Shown here one piece after another: positions 8,942 through 18,858 of a stretch of DNA of 64,000 nucleotides. The position numbers were made by a program, and so were the translations under genes. The notes beneath the pieces were generated by a model. It saw nothing but the letters and a program-made list of their open reading frames with translations, was not told the DNA's origin and made no database searches. Source of the DNA: an uncultured virus (IMG/VR IMGVR_UViG_3300028903_000203). Taxonomy: Duplodnaviria; Heunggongvirae; Uroviricota; Caudoviricetes. Where the stretch lies: the IMG/VR virus record IMGVR_UViG_3300028903_000203. One strand, 5' to 3'. Positions within the stretch are counted from its first letter, which is position 1; the number at the start of each line of letters is the position of its first letter.

Positions 8942-9509
8942 GGGTATCCTCGTCAATGGGAGTGGGTGGCAACAGGCGTACCGCGCCGGTCGGCTCCAGG
9001 TAGCTGTAAGGCCAAAGGTGCAACACGTCACCGTAGCCGGTGCCCTCCTGAGTTTCGCCAGGGTCATAGCGGACCACGCATTCGACCTCCCCCACATGTT
9101 CCGCGCAGTTTGTGAGCCAGTCCGGCGGGTCTGTCTGCAAATCGCGCTCGATGGCCGCCATCTCGTCCACGGTGATCGGGCCAACTACCTCGCAGATGAA
9201 CGCGGCGGCCGGGTCCACCACGAACACCCAACACCGGGTGGAACGCTGGGCCCGGGTGCTGGCGTCCGGGTCAGCCGGGTCGTCCAGTCTCCGGGGGGCG
9301 GCAGGTGCGGCGGTATCCTGGCAGGAGGGGCAGGCCAATGTGGAGCGCACCAACGGTACGCCGTAGAGCGTGCCCGCAGGTTGAGGCGACCCCTGCCGCA
9401 TCCACTGGGGCGGCAGCAGGCAGCGGCTTTGGCCGTCGCGGTGCGCCCGCACGGTCAACCCGCAGGTATCGCAGACGGCCACTAGACCGCCAGCACCAAT
9501 GGTGAACAT
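8925..9509 (-). CDS. Zn-finger hypothetical protein
   Basis: CDTC...CPSC; AGGAGG RBS. Confidence 0.55.
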   Translation of the reverse strand: MFTIGAGGLVAVCDTCGLTVRAHRDGQSRCLLPPQWMRQGSPQPAGTLYGVPLVRSTLACPSCQDTAAPAAPRRLDDPADPDASTRAQRSTRCWVFVVDPAAAFICEVVGPITVDEMAAIERDLQTDPPDWLTNCAEHVGEVECVVRYDPGETQEGTGYGDVLHLWPYSYLEPTGAVRLLPPTPIDEDTHEHSA

Positions 9510-9518
9510 CGCGCCTCC

Positions 9519-9767
9519 TCAGTCCTCTGGCTCTTGGGCCGGCCGGCACTGGTCGCAGCCCACCACATTGTCGTTGGCGTCGATCAGTTCGCTGCTTTCC
9601 ATCCACCACCCGCACCCCGGACAAAGCTCCAAGTTCAAGTCTACGAGCTGGTCCTCGACCTCGGTGGGGTCGGCCGCCAGGCCGAGCTGCTCCAGTACGG
9701 ACTCCACCGAGCGGCATGTGCCTTCGAGTTCGTCGGAAACCTGCTGCAATTCTTCACGGCTCAACAT
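9519..9767 (-). CDS. Small acidic Zn-ribbon protein
   Basis: CPGCGWW...CDQC; GGAG RBS. Confidence 0.6.
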   Translation of the reverse strand: MLSREELQQVSDELEGTCRSVESVLEQLGLAADPTEVEDQLVDLNLELCPGCGWWMESSELIDANDNVVGCDQCRPAQEPED

Positions 9768-9787
9768 GGCGGTGTCTCCAATCTGGC

Positions 9788-10669
9788 CTACGTCGCGGCC
9801 TTCCGCCCCACAAAGGCCCCGGCGGAAAAGAGCCGCGCCAGTTCAGTCGGGTCCTGCACTGTGACCAACGTGCGTTCCGTCGGGACGAAGTTGACGGTGA
9901 TGCTGCCGGCCGCGCCGAGGCGCGAGAAGAAGAGCCCAATCGTCTCCCCCTGGAGAATGGTCACCGTCTGGCCGTCCCATTGGCACGGCACCCGGTCATT
10001 GAGAAAATGCAGTACGCAGGGGGTATGAGGGGTCACCGCCGTAACGGCCACCGGGGTATGCTTGTACTGCTCCAGCGTCGGCTGCCGGTGAGCGAGGGCT
10101 GGGGCCAAGGCGACGGCCTGGGCGTAAAGTTCCGGCAGCAGGTGGGCCAGGTCGTGGAGAAACTGCGGCACGGACTTTCGTTGGTAGTCCGTGATCTCAC
10201 CCCCCATGAGTGCCTGGGGCCGGAAGGTCGCCAACCGGACGACCACCTCCGGGGTAAAGTCCTCCCGGCGCAGAAAGGGCTGCCCGAAGCGGAACACGCC
10301 ACTATGCGCCAGAAACGGCAGGTGGCTGTCTTCGTGGTCCATGAACGGATAGGGCAGCCACACGTACTCGCCGACGAGAGCCAACCGCGGCGCTGGTGAC
10401 GACGGATACCGCGGCCCCTGGGCGCAGGTGTCCCGAGCCTGCTGGAGCCAGGTGCGATACTGCTTGCTGCGGCGGGTGAACCCCTTTTCCGCCGTATACC
10501 CGCCGTATACGCAGAGGGGGGACAACGACTGGCACGAGATGCACTCCCCGCGCTGGTACACCGGGCACGCCTCGGGCGACGGCTCCAGGGTGCAGAACAA
10601 GCGCCGCAGGAAGGGCGGCTCTGACTTCTTCGTTGGTTCGACCAGCATGACCCCGATAAGCTGCTGCAT
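9788..10669 (-). CDS. Conserved phage-like hypothetical protein
   Basis: AGGAG RBS before MQQLIG; N-terminal Cys cluster; FRPQALMGGEITDYQ. Confidence 0.65.
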   Translation of the reverse strand: MQQLIGVMLVEPTKKSEPPFLRRLFCTLEPSPEACPVYQRGECISCQSLSPLCVYGGYTAEKGFTRRSKQYRTWLQQARDTCAQGPRYPSSPAPRLALVGEYVWLPYPFMDHEDSHLPFLAHSGVFRFGQPFLRREDFTPEVVVRLATFRPQALMGGEITDYQRKSVPQFLHDLAHLLPELYAQAVALAPALAHRQPTLEQYKHTPVAVTAVTPHTPCVLHFLNDRVPCQWDGQTVTILQGETIGLFFSRLGAAGSITVNFVPTERTLVTVQDPTELARLFSAGAFVGRKAAT

Positions 10670-10682
10670 CGTATGCTCCTGG

Positions 10683-11209
10683 CTAGGACGCCTGCGGTGA
10701 ATCGTTGATGGCCTCAAAGTCTACGGCCAGCCCCACCAGCGTAATGGACCGCGCCGAGAAAGGAAACAGCACCTCGATGGTGGTGCCTTGGTAGCCCTGG
10801 ACTGTCCCCCACCAACCCCACGATGTCCACTTCGATCTGAAAGGGGCAGCGGCCCCCCCTCGGTGTGGGGGCGGTGGGGTAAGGTCTTGTCCCGCAGGGA
10901 GCGCTTATCCATCAGTATACCGTGCGCGTTGCGGGTGCTACGCCCCAGAAACCGCACCTGCTGCCCCAGATGGAAGGCCACGGCGACGGGATACCACCGC
11001 TCGATCTGCTCCGGCGTGATAACCAACGTCGTGCCCACTTGGGGGCCGACCGGCCGGGTGAGGCGCACCGTGAGCGGCTCTTGCGCGCAGATGGTGCCCT
11101 CGAACAACTCGTCGGTAGCGGTGCGGAACAGTACCACATCGTCAAGCCCAAGATTCGCAGGGTCGATGTTGTAGGATTTCATAGTTCGTAAAACTGCCCT
11201 ATTGCTCAT
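10683..11209 (-). pseudogene. Probably frameshifted hypothetical gene (G7 tract at 10853-10859)
   Basis: Frame-0 tail looks non-coding; the -1 frame gives FRSKWTSWGWWGTVQGYQGTTIEVLF...* ending at 10683, right before the next RBS. Confidence 0.4.
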
Positions 11210-11242
11210 GGTCGGCCACTCCAAACATGCTGCCTACGACCA

Positions 11243-11271
11243 AGTATACCATACTTGGCCGTACTTGTCAA
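11243..11271 (-). promoter_or_regulatory. Sigma70 promoter TTGACA-17-TATACT with overlapping palindrome CCAAGTAT-ACC-ATACTTGG
   Basis: Read directly; heads the leftward gene block. Confidence 0.8.
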
Positions 11272-11304
11272 GTCGTAGTGCTGTATCCGGGTGCCTGCGG
11301 GCAC

Positions 11305-11333
11305 TTGACAACAGCACCCGGCTGTGGTATACT
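11305..11333 (+). promoter_or_regulatory. Sigma70 promoter TTGACA-17-TATACT (TG-extended)
   Basis: Read directly; heads the rightward gene block. Confidence 0.8.
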
Positions 11334-11375
11334 TGATGGTGTACCACGAATGTAGTACAGAACCCGGAGGTACTG

Positions 11376-11792
11376 ATGGGCCTGACAGCACAAACCACAA
11401 CGCAAGTCGAGGTGCGCTACACCTGCGAGCGCTGCGGCTATCGCTCCGGCGCGTATGGGTCGGAGCAGATGCCGCGCTACTACGGTGAGCGGCACGAGGC
11501 CCTGTGCTGCGCCGCCGCCGCGGCTGGCCTGCGCCCTATCCTAGAGTCTTGGGTCGCGGGAGGGGGCACGGATGTTGTGGGCTGGGAGCGGGTAAGCGAT
11601 GGGGCCCAGATGATTGTCTGCGACAGCACCCGTTACGAACCGACGGGGCGAGTGGTCCAGTTCTATGCGGACCTGGCGGCTTTTGCCCGCAGCGAGCCAC
11701 TGGAAACCTATGTGGTCCCGGCGGACTGGAGCCTGTTGACCCATCCCGCGCCGTGGCTTGCCCGCACGCCGGGGGCTTCGGAGGACTGCTGA
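11376..11792 (+). CDS. Hypothetical protein with N-terminal Zn motif
   Basis: GGAGG RBS; CERCG...H...C. Confidence 0.65.
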   Translation: MGLTAQTTTQVEVRYTCERCGYRSGAYGSEQMPRYYGERHEALCCAAAAAGLRPILESWVAGGGTDVVGWERVSDGAQMIVCDSTRYEPTGRVVQFYADLAAFARSEPLETYVVPADWSLLTHPAPWLARTPGASEDC

Positions 11793-12046
11793 TGGCACCA
11801 CGTAGTGGGGTCTATCACCTGGTCAAGGACGAGCGCGATCCTACCTGGGATTCCTGGGACGAGTACAACGAGGCCGGCAACTGCACGGGTAATTACGACT
11901 CGCTGCGCCAGGCGCGGTGTATTAGCGAGGTTCCCCAGCTACATCGAGGGTTGCACCCCGACCCGACCCGCCGCACAGGCGTAGTGTTTGTGCCGGAGGA
12001 TTGTATCTATCCCGGCTTCTACCGGGTGTACTGGTACGAGCTGTAA
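11792..12046 (+). CDS. Hypothetical protein
   Basis: GGAGG RBS, TGATG coupling; MAPRSGVYHL. Confidence 0.55.
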   Translation: MAPRSGVYHLVKDERDPTWDSWDEYNEAGNCTGNYDSLRQARCISEVPQLHRGLHPDPTRRTGVVFVPEDCIYPGFYRVYWYEL

Positions 12047-12192
12047 TGGCAACCTATGAGCGCATCGACGGACCTTCTTGGTAGTCATGGCCTTGGTGAC
12101 CGGGATAGCGGCGGTGTTCCACTAAAGAGGACGTAGGCGCAACTCGGTAGATTGGCGGTAGCGGGGGGCAGAGGAACATCGGAGGCGGGCTA

Positions 12193-12486
12193 ATGTGCTA
12201 TACTGGCCGCTGTCAATACGAGCTCCTCAACGGTGAATGTTCTCTGGATACACTGAGGTGGGCCGTGCAATGCCCGGCCCACCGGGTGGTGACGTTTTGT
12301 GCGGAGTTGGAGTGTCCTGGCGACTTGTGCCCATGCATAGTGCTGGCCACGCACATAGCGTCCGTGGAGGTTGCGGGGGCCAGCACGCCCGCAGCGCCGG
12401 TCTCCGCCGACCCGGTGGATGAACTTCCCTTCTGCCCGCCTCCCGGAAATCTGACCCTACCTACAGTAACCCTACTGAGGCATTAG
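12193..12486 (+). CDS. Cys-rich hypothetical protein
   Basis: GGAGG RBS; MCYTGRCQYE...C. Confidence 0.5.
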   Translation: MCYTGRCQYELLNGECSLDTLRWAVQCPAHRVVTFCAELECPGDLCPCIVLATHIASVEVAGASTPAAPVSADPVDELPFCPPPGNLTLPTVTLLRH

Positions 12487-12488
12487 CA

Positions 12489-14363
12489 ATGTCCGACCAC
12501 GCGCTATCTTTGAGCAAGCAAGAGCAAATCTCTCGTGCCCTAGCCGCCGTGGGGTTGGATGTCCACGTCGGCGAGTACTTCATCGACCACGACGGTCGCC
12601 ACCTGCGGATCGAAAGCATCACCAGCAAAGAAAATGGTGAAGTGGCAATCGTCGTGGCATCCAAGTGGGACGGCTCGTGGCACCATGCCCATACCTACAC
12701 GGCGGCCGAGTTTGCCGAAGCTCGCCAGAAGCACCGGCTCTTACCGCTGGGGCACACCCTGGAGGATGTGGCCGCGCTCGAGGAGGAAGCACTCCGCGCC
12801 CTGGCCAACCCCGCCGCGCTTGACCCCTGGGCTGGCTCCACGCCGAGCACGTCCACGGCGCTGGCTTCGGTGGGGAGCAAAGAGCGGGCCCTCCAGCTTG
12901 AAGCCGCACTCACCGCCCAAATGGAAAAGGTCGAGACCATGCGGCGCATCATCAAGGCCCGAACGGAGGCACTCCGCGATATGGTCAGCGGGATGGAGGC
13001 TCGCCTCACCTTGCTTCACAAAATCCTGGGCATTTTTGAACTGTACTTGGGCACGCGGGAGCAAATCACCCAGATCGCCGATGGCGCGCCTGCCCCGGCC
13101 GAGGAAAAGCTCTATCTATTCCAGGAAGTGTTGTGCATGGACGAGGAGTGCGGTGACCCGCGCTATCGGCCCGAGACCGGGCAACCCGGCATCGACTTCG
13201 GCTCCGTCGAAGCCTTTGACGCCTGGCTGCTGGCTGACCCAGCGCATTTGGAGCAGGTCCTGCCGGTGAAAAAGGGTATCCGGGCCCTCCGGCCCAGCCG
13301 CCAGGAGCGCACCTACGTCGAGAACCCCATCGCCAACGCCTGGATCAACGCCAACAACGGCAAGACCTACCTGCTCTGCCGTAATGGGGACAAGCTCTAC
13401 CGGGTGTGGACGGACATCGTAATCGGGGACCGCCTCTTTCCCAGCCAGGCCGAGGCTGATGGGACCTTTGACTTGTCCCGGCACGACTTTGAAGCGGCCC
13501 GCAGCCAGCAGATGTACTACCAACGGCACGGAGCCATCGTCCAGGGGTTGCTCGACCGCACGCCGATCTTCCAGCCGCTACCCCATCCGCTCAACGTCTT
13601 TGACGCCGCGACCTATGGGGAGGTGCTGGCCTTGGTGTACGACACCGACCCGGCGCTCTACACCGGGCAGGAATACTATCCGGCTTGGCGGGAACGGCTC
13701 AACGCCGGAATCCGGGTGGGCAGCCGCATTGTCGTCGCGGTGCCGCGTGCGGAAGCGAGCCACACCCGGTTCTACGCCCCGCAGTATTACCGTGACTCGG
13801 CCAATGTGCCCCCGCCGCCACCCCCGGGCATCTACACAGTCGAGGACATCTTGCCGCCGCGCAAGGGCCAGTTTTATGCTACCGAGGAGCGGCTGCTGAT
13901 CCGCTATAACCCGCACGACGAGGTGTGGAGAGTGGGCTGGGAGTGGGACCCGCACCCGCGCAAGAATCGCGTGACCTACATTGTTTATCGCCGGGACTAC
14001 TTTGTGCTCCACTACGACATGCTCGAACTCGCGGCCGTGGAGCACTATATCGCGTCCCGGCTAGAGCGGCGCAAGTACCTGGAAATCATTCCGCTGTTAT
14101 GGACGGTGCGGGACGCGCTGCGGGCCGAGCGGGAGTGGGAGGAACAATTTGTCCATCTCGTCGTCAGCCGCGTCGGCTGTGCGTCCGAGGTGGTGCGGGC
14201 GGCGGTGGCGTGGTGGAAAAGCAAGGTGCGCGCCACCCGGCCCCTCACCCTGGCCTGGCAGCGGAACAAGGAGGTCGTCAAACAGACTGACCCCGACCTG
14301 GAAGCCAAGGCGCTGCGGATGGTCGAAGCGCGGGTGCGGAGGCAAATGGCGCTAGTCGAGTAA
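12489..14363 (+). CDS. Large conserved phage/plasmid-type hypothetical protein with coiled coil
   Basis: 624 aa; ELYLG...QEVLCMDEE...FDAWL...TYLLCRNGDKLYR. Confidence 0.7.
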   Translation: MSDHALSLSKQEQISRALAAVGLDVHVGEYFIDHDGRHLRIESITSKENGEVAIVVASKWDGSWHHAHTYTAAEFAEARQKHRLLPLGHTLEDVAALEEEALRALANPAALDPWAGSTPSTSTALASVGSKERALQLEAALTAQMEKVETMRRIIKARTEALRDMVSGMEARLTLLHKILGIFELYLGTREQITQIADGAPAPAEEKLYLFQEVLCMDEECGDPRYRPETGQPGIDFGSVEAFDAWLLADPAHLEQVLPVKKGIRALRPSRQERTYVENPIANAWINANNGKTYLLCRNGDKLYRVWTDIVIGDRLFPSQAEADGTFDLSRHDFEAARSQQMYYQRHGAIVQGLLDRTPIFQPLPHPLNVFDAATYGEVLALVYDTDPALYTGQEYYPAWRERLNAGIRVGSRIVVAVPRAEASHTRFYAPQYYRDSANVPPPPPPGIYTVEDILPPRKGQFYATEERLLIRYNPHDEVWRVGWEWDPHPRKNRVTYIVYRRDYFVLHYDMLELAAVEHYIASRLERRKYLEIIPLLWTVRDALRAEREWEEQFVHLVVSRVGCASEVVRAAVAWWKSKVRATRPLTLAWQRNKEVVKQTDPDLEAKALRMVEARVRRQMALVE

Positions 14364-14410
14364 TCCCGGCTTCTACCGGGTGCGCTGTCCGAGGTCTGAA
14401 GGAGGCCGCT

Positions 14411-14824
14411 ATGTCAGGGCTACAGGATTTACCAGCAGAGCTATTATTCAGCGTTCCATTGAGCAATGTCTTTACCGATGCGCAGGGCAACGTAGTACAC
14501 CGGGGGTTTGTGCCCACGGGCTACCATTACAGTGCGAGCCGGGGCGACCAGGATGTATACGTCCGCGACACCCCGCTGCGGACGGCCCCGGTAACGGATG
14601 CCGCCACGCTGGAGCAGCAAATCCAGGTGCTGGCCGAGCGCATCGCCGTGAAAACGGGGGCCGCCGTTGCCGACGTGCTTATCCTCGCTGACTACTTGGT
14701 GCGCACCGATGACGCGCTGCCCCGCGAGCAACGGATCAACCCCACCACCGCGCTGATCCACCGCGCGTTGGTAGCCAAGGCCAAGTTCCTGGGCGTGCCG
14801 GTGGATTCCGGCGAGTCCGGGTAG
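14411..14824 (+). CDS. Hypothetical protein
   Basis: AAGGAGG RBS. Confidence 0.65.
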   Translation: MSGLQDLPAELLFSVPLSNVFTDAQGNVVHRGFVPTGYHYSASRGDQDVYVRDTPLRTAPVTDAATLEQQIQVLAERIAVKTGAAVADVLILADYLVRTDDALPREQRINPTTALIHRALVAKAKFLGVPVDSGESG

Positions 14825-14877
14825 ACTGGGCAAGGTAAGCGGAGTGACCGTGGAACCAGACGAGCAGGAGGCATCCC

Positions 14878-15315
14878 ATGACCAAGCAGCAAGTTGAGCG
14901 TACCTTCATCATCACCGCCGAATCCTACTACTTTCATGGACACCCGGGCACCGTGGTGGACGAACTGACCATCCAGGTCAGGCCGGTTGACCCCTACCTG
15001 CCCACCGACTCACCTACGGGCAGCTTCGATCTCCAGTGGGAGGACTTGGGCAGCCGGCCGCCTGCCCCCCTCTTGCGGGCCTTTTCGGATGCCTGGGCCG
15101 CGATCTGGACCCACTGCCAGGACCTCGGGGCCGCGCTGGCTACGCTGGCCCAAGAGGACGAGCATCCGTCGCGCCAGGACGTGGTGGCGATCTTGCTCGA
15201 ACTGGGGTATAAGGATGTCACGATGCGGGAGGACCCGGCTACGCGCGGCCAACCCCGCCTGCGGTGTCGGTGCTGCGGCCAGGAATTGGTGGCCCCCGGA
15301 AGCACAAGGAGCTAG
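14878..15315 (+). CDS. Hypothetical protein with C-terminal Cys motif
   Basis: AGGAGG RBS; LRAFSDAW; CRCCG. Confidence 0.65.
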   Translation: MTKQQVERTFIITAESYYFHGHPGTVVDELTIQVRPVDPYLPTDSPTGSFDLQWEDLGSRPPAPLLRAFSDAWAAIWTHCQDLGAALATLAQEDEHPSRQDVVAILLELGYKDVTMREDPATRGQPRLRCRCCGQELVAPGSTRS

Positions 15316-15317
15316 CT

Positions 15318-15641
15318 ATGCCGCGATCAGGATGGTTGCAGGCGCGGTGGAGCGATGAGGACAAAGCGGCCCTTCAGGTCGTCGCCCAGAACTTGTTCCC
15401 CGACATCAAGCCCGGTGAAAAGGGCTGGGCGGGGGAAGCGGTGCGGCGCTTGGTGCACTGGACGCACCATTTGTTGCAGGAGTACGGGCCCGCAGTGGAG
15501 CTGGCCCGGTTGGGGCTGCGGCCGGCCTTGTCGTGTCCCGACCATGGGGTGCCGCTGCAAGCAACGGCACCTGGCACATGGGGTTGCCCAGAATGTGCCC
15601 AAGTGGCGACGGTCAACAGCAAGGAGAGCAACGGAGGTTAG
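15318..15641 (+). CDS. Putative ribbon-helix-helix plus Zn-ribbon protein
   Basis: WLQARWSDEDKAALQVVA...GEAVRRLV; CPDH...CPEC. Confidence 0.5.
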   Translation: MPRSGWLQARWSDEDKAALQVVAQNLFPDIKPGEKGWAGEAVRRLVHWTHHLLQEYGPAVELARLGLRPALSCPDHGVPLQATAPGTWGCPECAQVATVNSKESNGG

Positions 15642-15643
15642 CG

Positions 15644-16021
15644 ATGCAGCTCAATACGTACATTGGCGAGGATTTCGACGGGTTGGTGCTCATGCCGGCA
15701 GTAGGCGTGCCCATCCCTATTATCACGGTGCGGCCACGCGGCGTGACCTACTGGATCGAGTTTCGTTGGTCCGACGACACATGGGGTCCAGTGCATGCCC
15801 ACGATATGACCAGCGGTGACGGAGCTTCCTATCTCTGGGCCGAGCAGGTGGACAGCGAGGACGCCCATCCGCTGGACTTTACTTTCCCTTACACGACCGC
15901 TGAGGATCAGGCCGTGGTGCATTTCCTGGTGGTGGCCGGGCTGCTGGAGGAACTGCCTCCTGGCCCGCACCTGGACCGGGTGATTTGCCGCTACTGCGGT
16001 CCGCAGCCGGAGGAGAGCTAG
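15644..16021 (+). CDS. Hypothetical protein
   Basis: GGAGG RBS before MQLNTYIG. Confidence 0.6.
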   Translation: MQLNTYIGEDFDGLVLMPAVGVPIPIITVRPRGVTYWIEFRWSDDTWGPVHAHDMTSGDGASYLWAEQVDSEDAHPLDFTFPYTTAEDQAVVHFLVVAGLLEELPPGPHLDRVICRYCGPQPEES

Positions 16022-16055
16022 GCTCAGGCTAATAATGTGAAAGGGGGACTGCACT

Positions 16056-16379
16056 ATGCACCCTGCCACGAAAAAGTTTGTAACCCGCGTACTGGTCCTG
16101 ATGGCGCTCGACTTGCTGGTACTCGGCAGCCTCTATACTTTCTGGCTCGGGCCAACAGTAGGCTGGCCTGCGGCGCTGGCGCTACTGGGCCTGGTCTGTA
16201 TCCTGTTTGTTCTAGCCGTGTTGCCCTGGATTAAGCTGCGCTGCGTAACTACCGGCCGGCAAGACCTGGTGGAGCACTGGCGCGCACTAGGCGCGAGCTT
16301 GGCGTTGCTGGGTTTACCGACATTGGTCGGTGGAGTGATATGGCTTGTAGTCACCTGGATCGCGGGCGCGGGGTCGTGA
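16056..16379 (+). CDS. Small membrane protein (about 3 TM)
   Basis: Three hydrophobic segments. Confidence 0.6.
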   Translation: MHPATKKFVTRVLVLMALDLLVLGSLYTFWLGPTVGWPAALALLGLVCILFVLAVLPWIKLRCVTTGRQDLVEHWRALGASLALLGLPTLVGGVIWLVVTWIAGAGS

Positions 16380-16487
16380 GTGTCGGCTAGCGGATTATCC
16401 ATGACTACGCCCCCGCTCAGACTTGCGGCAAGCTAATGTGGCTGACCACGAGCTGAACGAGGCTGCATAGGCCAGTGAAGGACAACA

Positions 16488-16952
16488 ATGGTAGCAAGTC
16501 TGAGGTGCGTCATATTCTTGGATATTGACGGCGTGTTGGTCAACTTGGCCGCGCTCAAAGAGGGCCATGGGCGAACCTTTGCCGCCGACTGTGTGGCTCG
16601 CCTGAACCGCTTGACCCAAGAGAGCGGGGCCCGGCTCGTGGTGTCCAGTGTGTGGCGCAAGCAGGGCCTGCAAGCCTTACGCCTGGTGTTCGACCAGCAG
16701 GGCGTGGTCGCCCGCATCAGCGGATTGACGCCCACGCTAGACCGCGTTCCGCGGGGGCGCGAGATCAGGGCTTGGCTGGATGAGCATCCCGAAGTCGAGT
16801 CCTTTGTGATTCTCGACGACGATGCCGACATGGAAGACCTGCGGCCCTGGTTAGTGCAGACTGATCCCCTTCTCGGCTTGGTGGATGCAGACGTCGAGCG
16901 GGCGCTGGCTGTGTTGTCCCAGTCGCGCGGCGGCCCCGACTGGAGCGCGTGA
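16488..16952 (+). CDS. HAD-superfamily phosphatase (Swiss-Army-knife RNA-repair-like HAD domain)
   Basis: IFLDIDGVL, VVSSVWR, RGREIRAWL, FVILDDDADM. Confidence 0.85.
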   Translation: MVASLRCVIFLDIDGVLVNLAALKEGHGRTFAADCVARLNRLTQESGARLVVSSVWRKQGLQALRLVFDQQGVVARISGLTPTLDRVPRGREIRAWLDEHPEVESFVILDDDADMEDLRPWLVQTDPLLGLVDADVERALAVLSQSRGGPDWSA

Positions 16953-17060
16953 GGCCCCGGCGCAAGGGACCAGCCGCAATAAGGGCCGTCGGTGGGCAGA
17001 ATAGCGCTCTGCCGGGCATTGTGGCCCGGAAGCCAGAACTACCAACAAAGAGGAACCCTG

Positions 17061-18368
17061 ATGGCCCAGTCCGAAATCATGACCAATCTCAAGAATACGC
17101 TCACTACTAGCAACCGCCTGCTGTTACCGCAGTCCCGCTGGGCCACGTTCGTCCTGGACGCTGCCGACCGGCCCCATATCGCCTGTCAGGACCAGAATCG
17201 GCTGGTGTACGCGCACTTTGCCGACGATGCCTGGCAAGTCGAGGTTGTGGCTGAGTTTCCCAACGCGGCCTACATCTACCCGTTGCTCGAATTGGACCAG
17301 ACCGGCCCGTACATGGCCTACCGTAATCCCCACACCAAGTTGGTCCAGGTTGCGCATCGGCAACCTGGCGGCTGGCGGGTGACCGACGTAGCCGCGTTGC
17401 CTGCCTGGTGCGATCTTGGCCGCGAGCAGTTGTATCTAGTCGAGCAGGCGGAAGCGGCTGCGCCGCTCCTGCTATTCCGCGACTGTGACGATGACCCCTC
17501 CACCCCGCTGCAACTGGCCGCGCCGCACGGCGACGCCTGGTTTGTGCGCTCGGTCCTGCCTTTGACCGGCCTGACCAGTATACTAGGCGCGACAGCAGAT
17601 GCGGCGGGCCACCTGACCATGATACTGCACTGTGGCCGGGAAGGACGCCGGGAACTTTACCCGCAGCGAGACTATGAGCGCAAACGTCCGCACTGGAACT
17701 CTCTCACCCTTGTGCAAGGAAGCCAGCGGGTGCAGGACAACTGGACCTTGCGCCCCCTGGACTTGGGGCTAGAGCGGAGCGACTGGCGACCGTGCTATTC
17801 CTTTCCCCCCTATGCGCCCTACGAAGCGGCCTCTCCCTTGACGGAGTTCGCCTGGCAGCCGCTGACCGCCCGCCTCGACCCCACCGGCATGGTTCACATG
17901 GTCTGGCACGTCCGGGCCCACTATACCGCCCAAGACCTGGTCTATACCTGCGGGCGACCCGGACAGTCCGCCCCCTGGCCGTTGGTCACGGTGGATGCGC
18001 GGGCCGAGATAACCCGGCCGGTGTCGTTGGCCCTGGACCCCGCCGGCCGGCCCCACATGGCCTACTTTGAGCGCATGCGCCACGCGCTCAAGTATGCCTG
18101 GTTCGACGGCGGGGACTGGCGACAGGAAGTGGTGGACACCGCGCAGTTGGGGCCCGACATGGGTATGGCCCGCTGGCCCGAAGGTCGGGTATCGCTCTGC
18201 CTGGACCGGACTAACCGGCCCCACTTGCTCTACTGCACCACCGAAGACCAGCCGGCGCGGAACACTTACCTGGTGCTGGCAACGCCGTTGCCCGGTCCGC
18301 AGGGCTGGTGGATAGAGCCGGTTACGGCAGAGATAACGCCGTCGGCCATGTCTTGGCTAAATCCGTAG
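17061..18368 (+). CDS. Beta-propeller/BNR-like repeat protein (related to 6785..7543)
   Basis: SLALDPAGRPHMAY...LKYA...WRQEVVD type repeats. Confidence 0.6.
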   Translation: MAQSEIMTNLKNTLTTSNRLLLPQSRWATFVLDAADRPHIACQDQNRLVYAHFADDAWQVEVVAEFPNAAYIYPLLELDQTGPYMAYRNPHTKLVQVAHRQPGGWRVTDVAALPAWCDLGREQLYLVEQAEAAAPLLLFRDCDDDPSTPLQLAAPHGDAWFVRSVLPLTGLTSILGATADAAGHLTMILHCGREGRRELYPQRDYERKRPHWNSLTLVQGSQRVQDNWTLRPLDLGLERSDWRPCYSFPPYAPYEAASPLTEFAWQPLTARLDPTGMVHMVWHVRAHYTAQDLVYTCGRPGQSAPWPLVTVDARAEITRPVSLALDPAGRPHMAYFERMRHALKYAWFDGGDWRQEVVDTAQLGPDMGMARWPEGRVSLCLDRTNRPHLLYCTTEDQPARNTYLVLATPLPGPQGWWIEPVTAEITPSAMSWLNP

Positions 18369-18429
18369 CACCCGTAGCCCGAACGGGTTGGCGCTGTTAT
18401 AGGTGTGCGGGCATGAACAACAATGACCA

Positions 18430-18473
18430 GCAACAGCGGCGGCAGACCCGCCACTCTCTGTTGCCGCTGTTGC
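18430..18473 (+). other. 17-bp intergenic stem-loop
   Basis: GCAACAGCGGCGGCAGA-10nt-TCTGTTGCCGCTGTTGC; no U-tail. Confidence 0.5.
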
Positions 18474-18507
18474 GCCGGGCAACCCCAGTGGTTAAGGAGG
18501 ACCTTTG

Positions 18508-18858
18508 ATGCCGCAGTATCTCGTTCTCTACCAGCAAACATTCCACACCAATCCCACCATATTGACCGGGGAGGACCCCCGGCCGTATGACACAGGCAAG
18601 CTCCTCTGGACCGGGGAGCCCGCCCAAGTACCTTGTGCTCTCGTGGAACGCATCATCGCCAAGTTCCGACGGCATTGGGGCAAGGAGTGGAATTGGGTTC
18701 ACCAGCAGCCCCAAGCAGCTTGGAAGGAATTGCGTAGCGGGGCCGCTGTCCCAGTGGCGCAGCATGATATAGTCCCAGGTATCTCCTGGGTCACAGTAAC
18801 TCTCGCCTGGACGAACCAGCCGCTACCACAGGCACGCCCCTGGTGGAAGTTTTGGTAG
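18508..18858 (+). CDS. Hypothetical protein
   Basis: TAAGGAGG RBS; ends RPWWKFW. Confidence 0.6.
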   Translation: MPQYLVLYQQTFHTNPTILTGEDPRPYDTGKLLWTGEPAQVPCALVERIIAKFRRHWGKEWNWVHQQPQAAWKELRSGAAVPVAQHDIVPGISWVTVTLAWTNQPLPQARPWWKFW

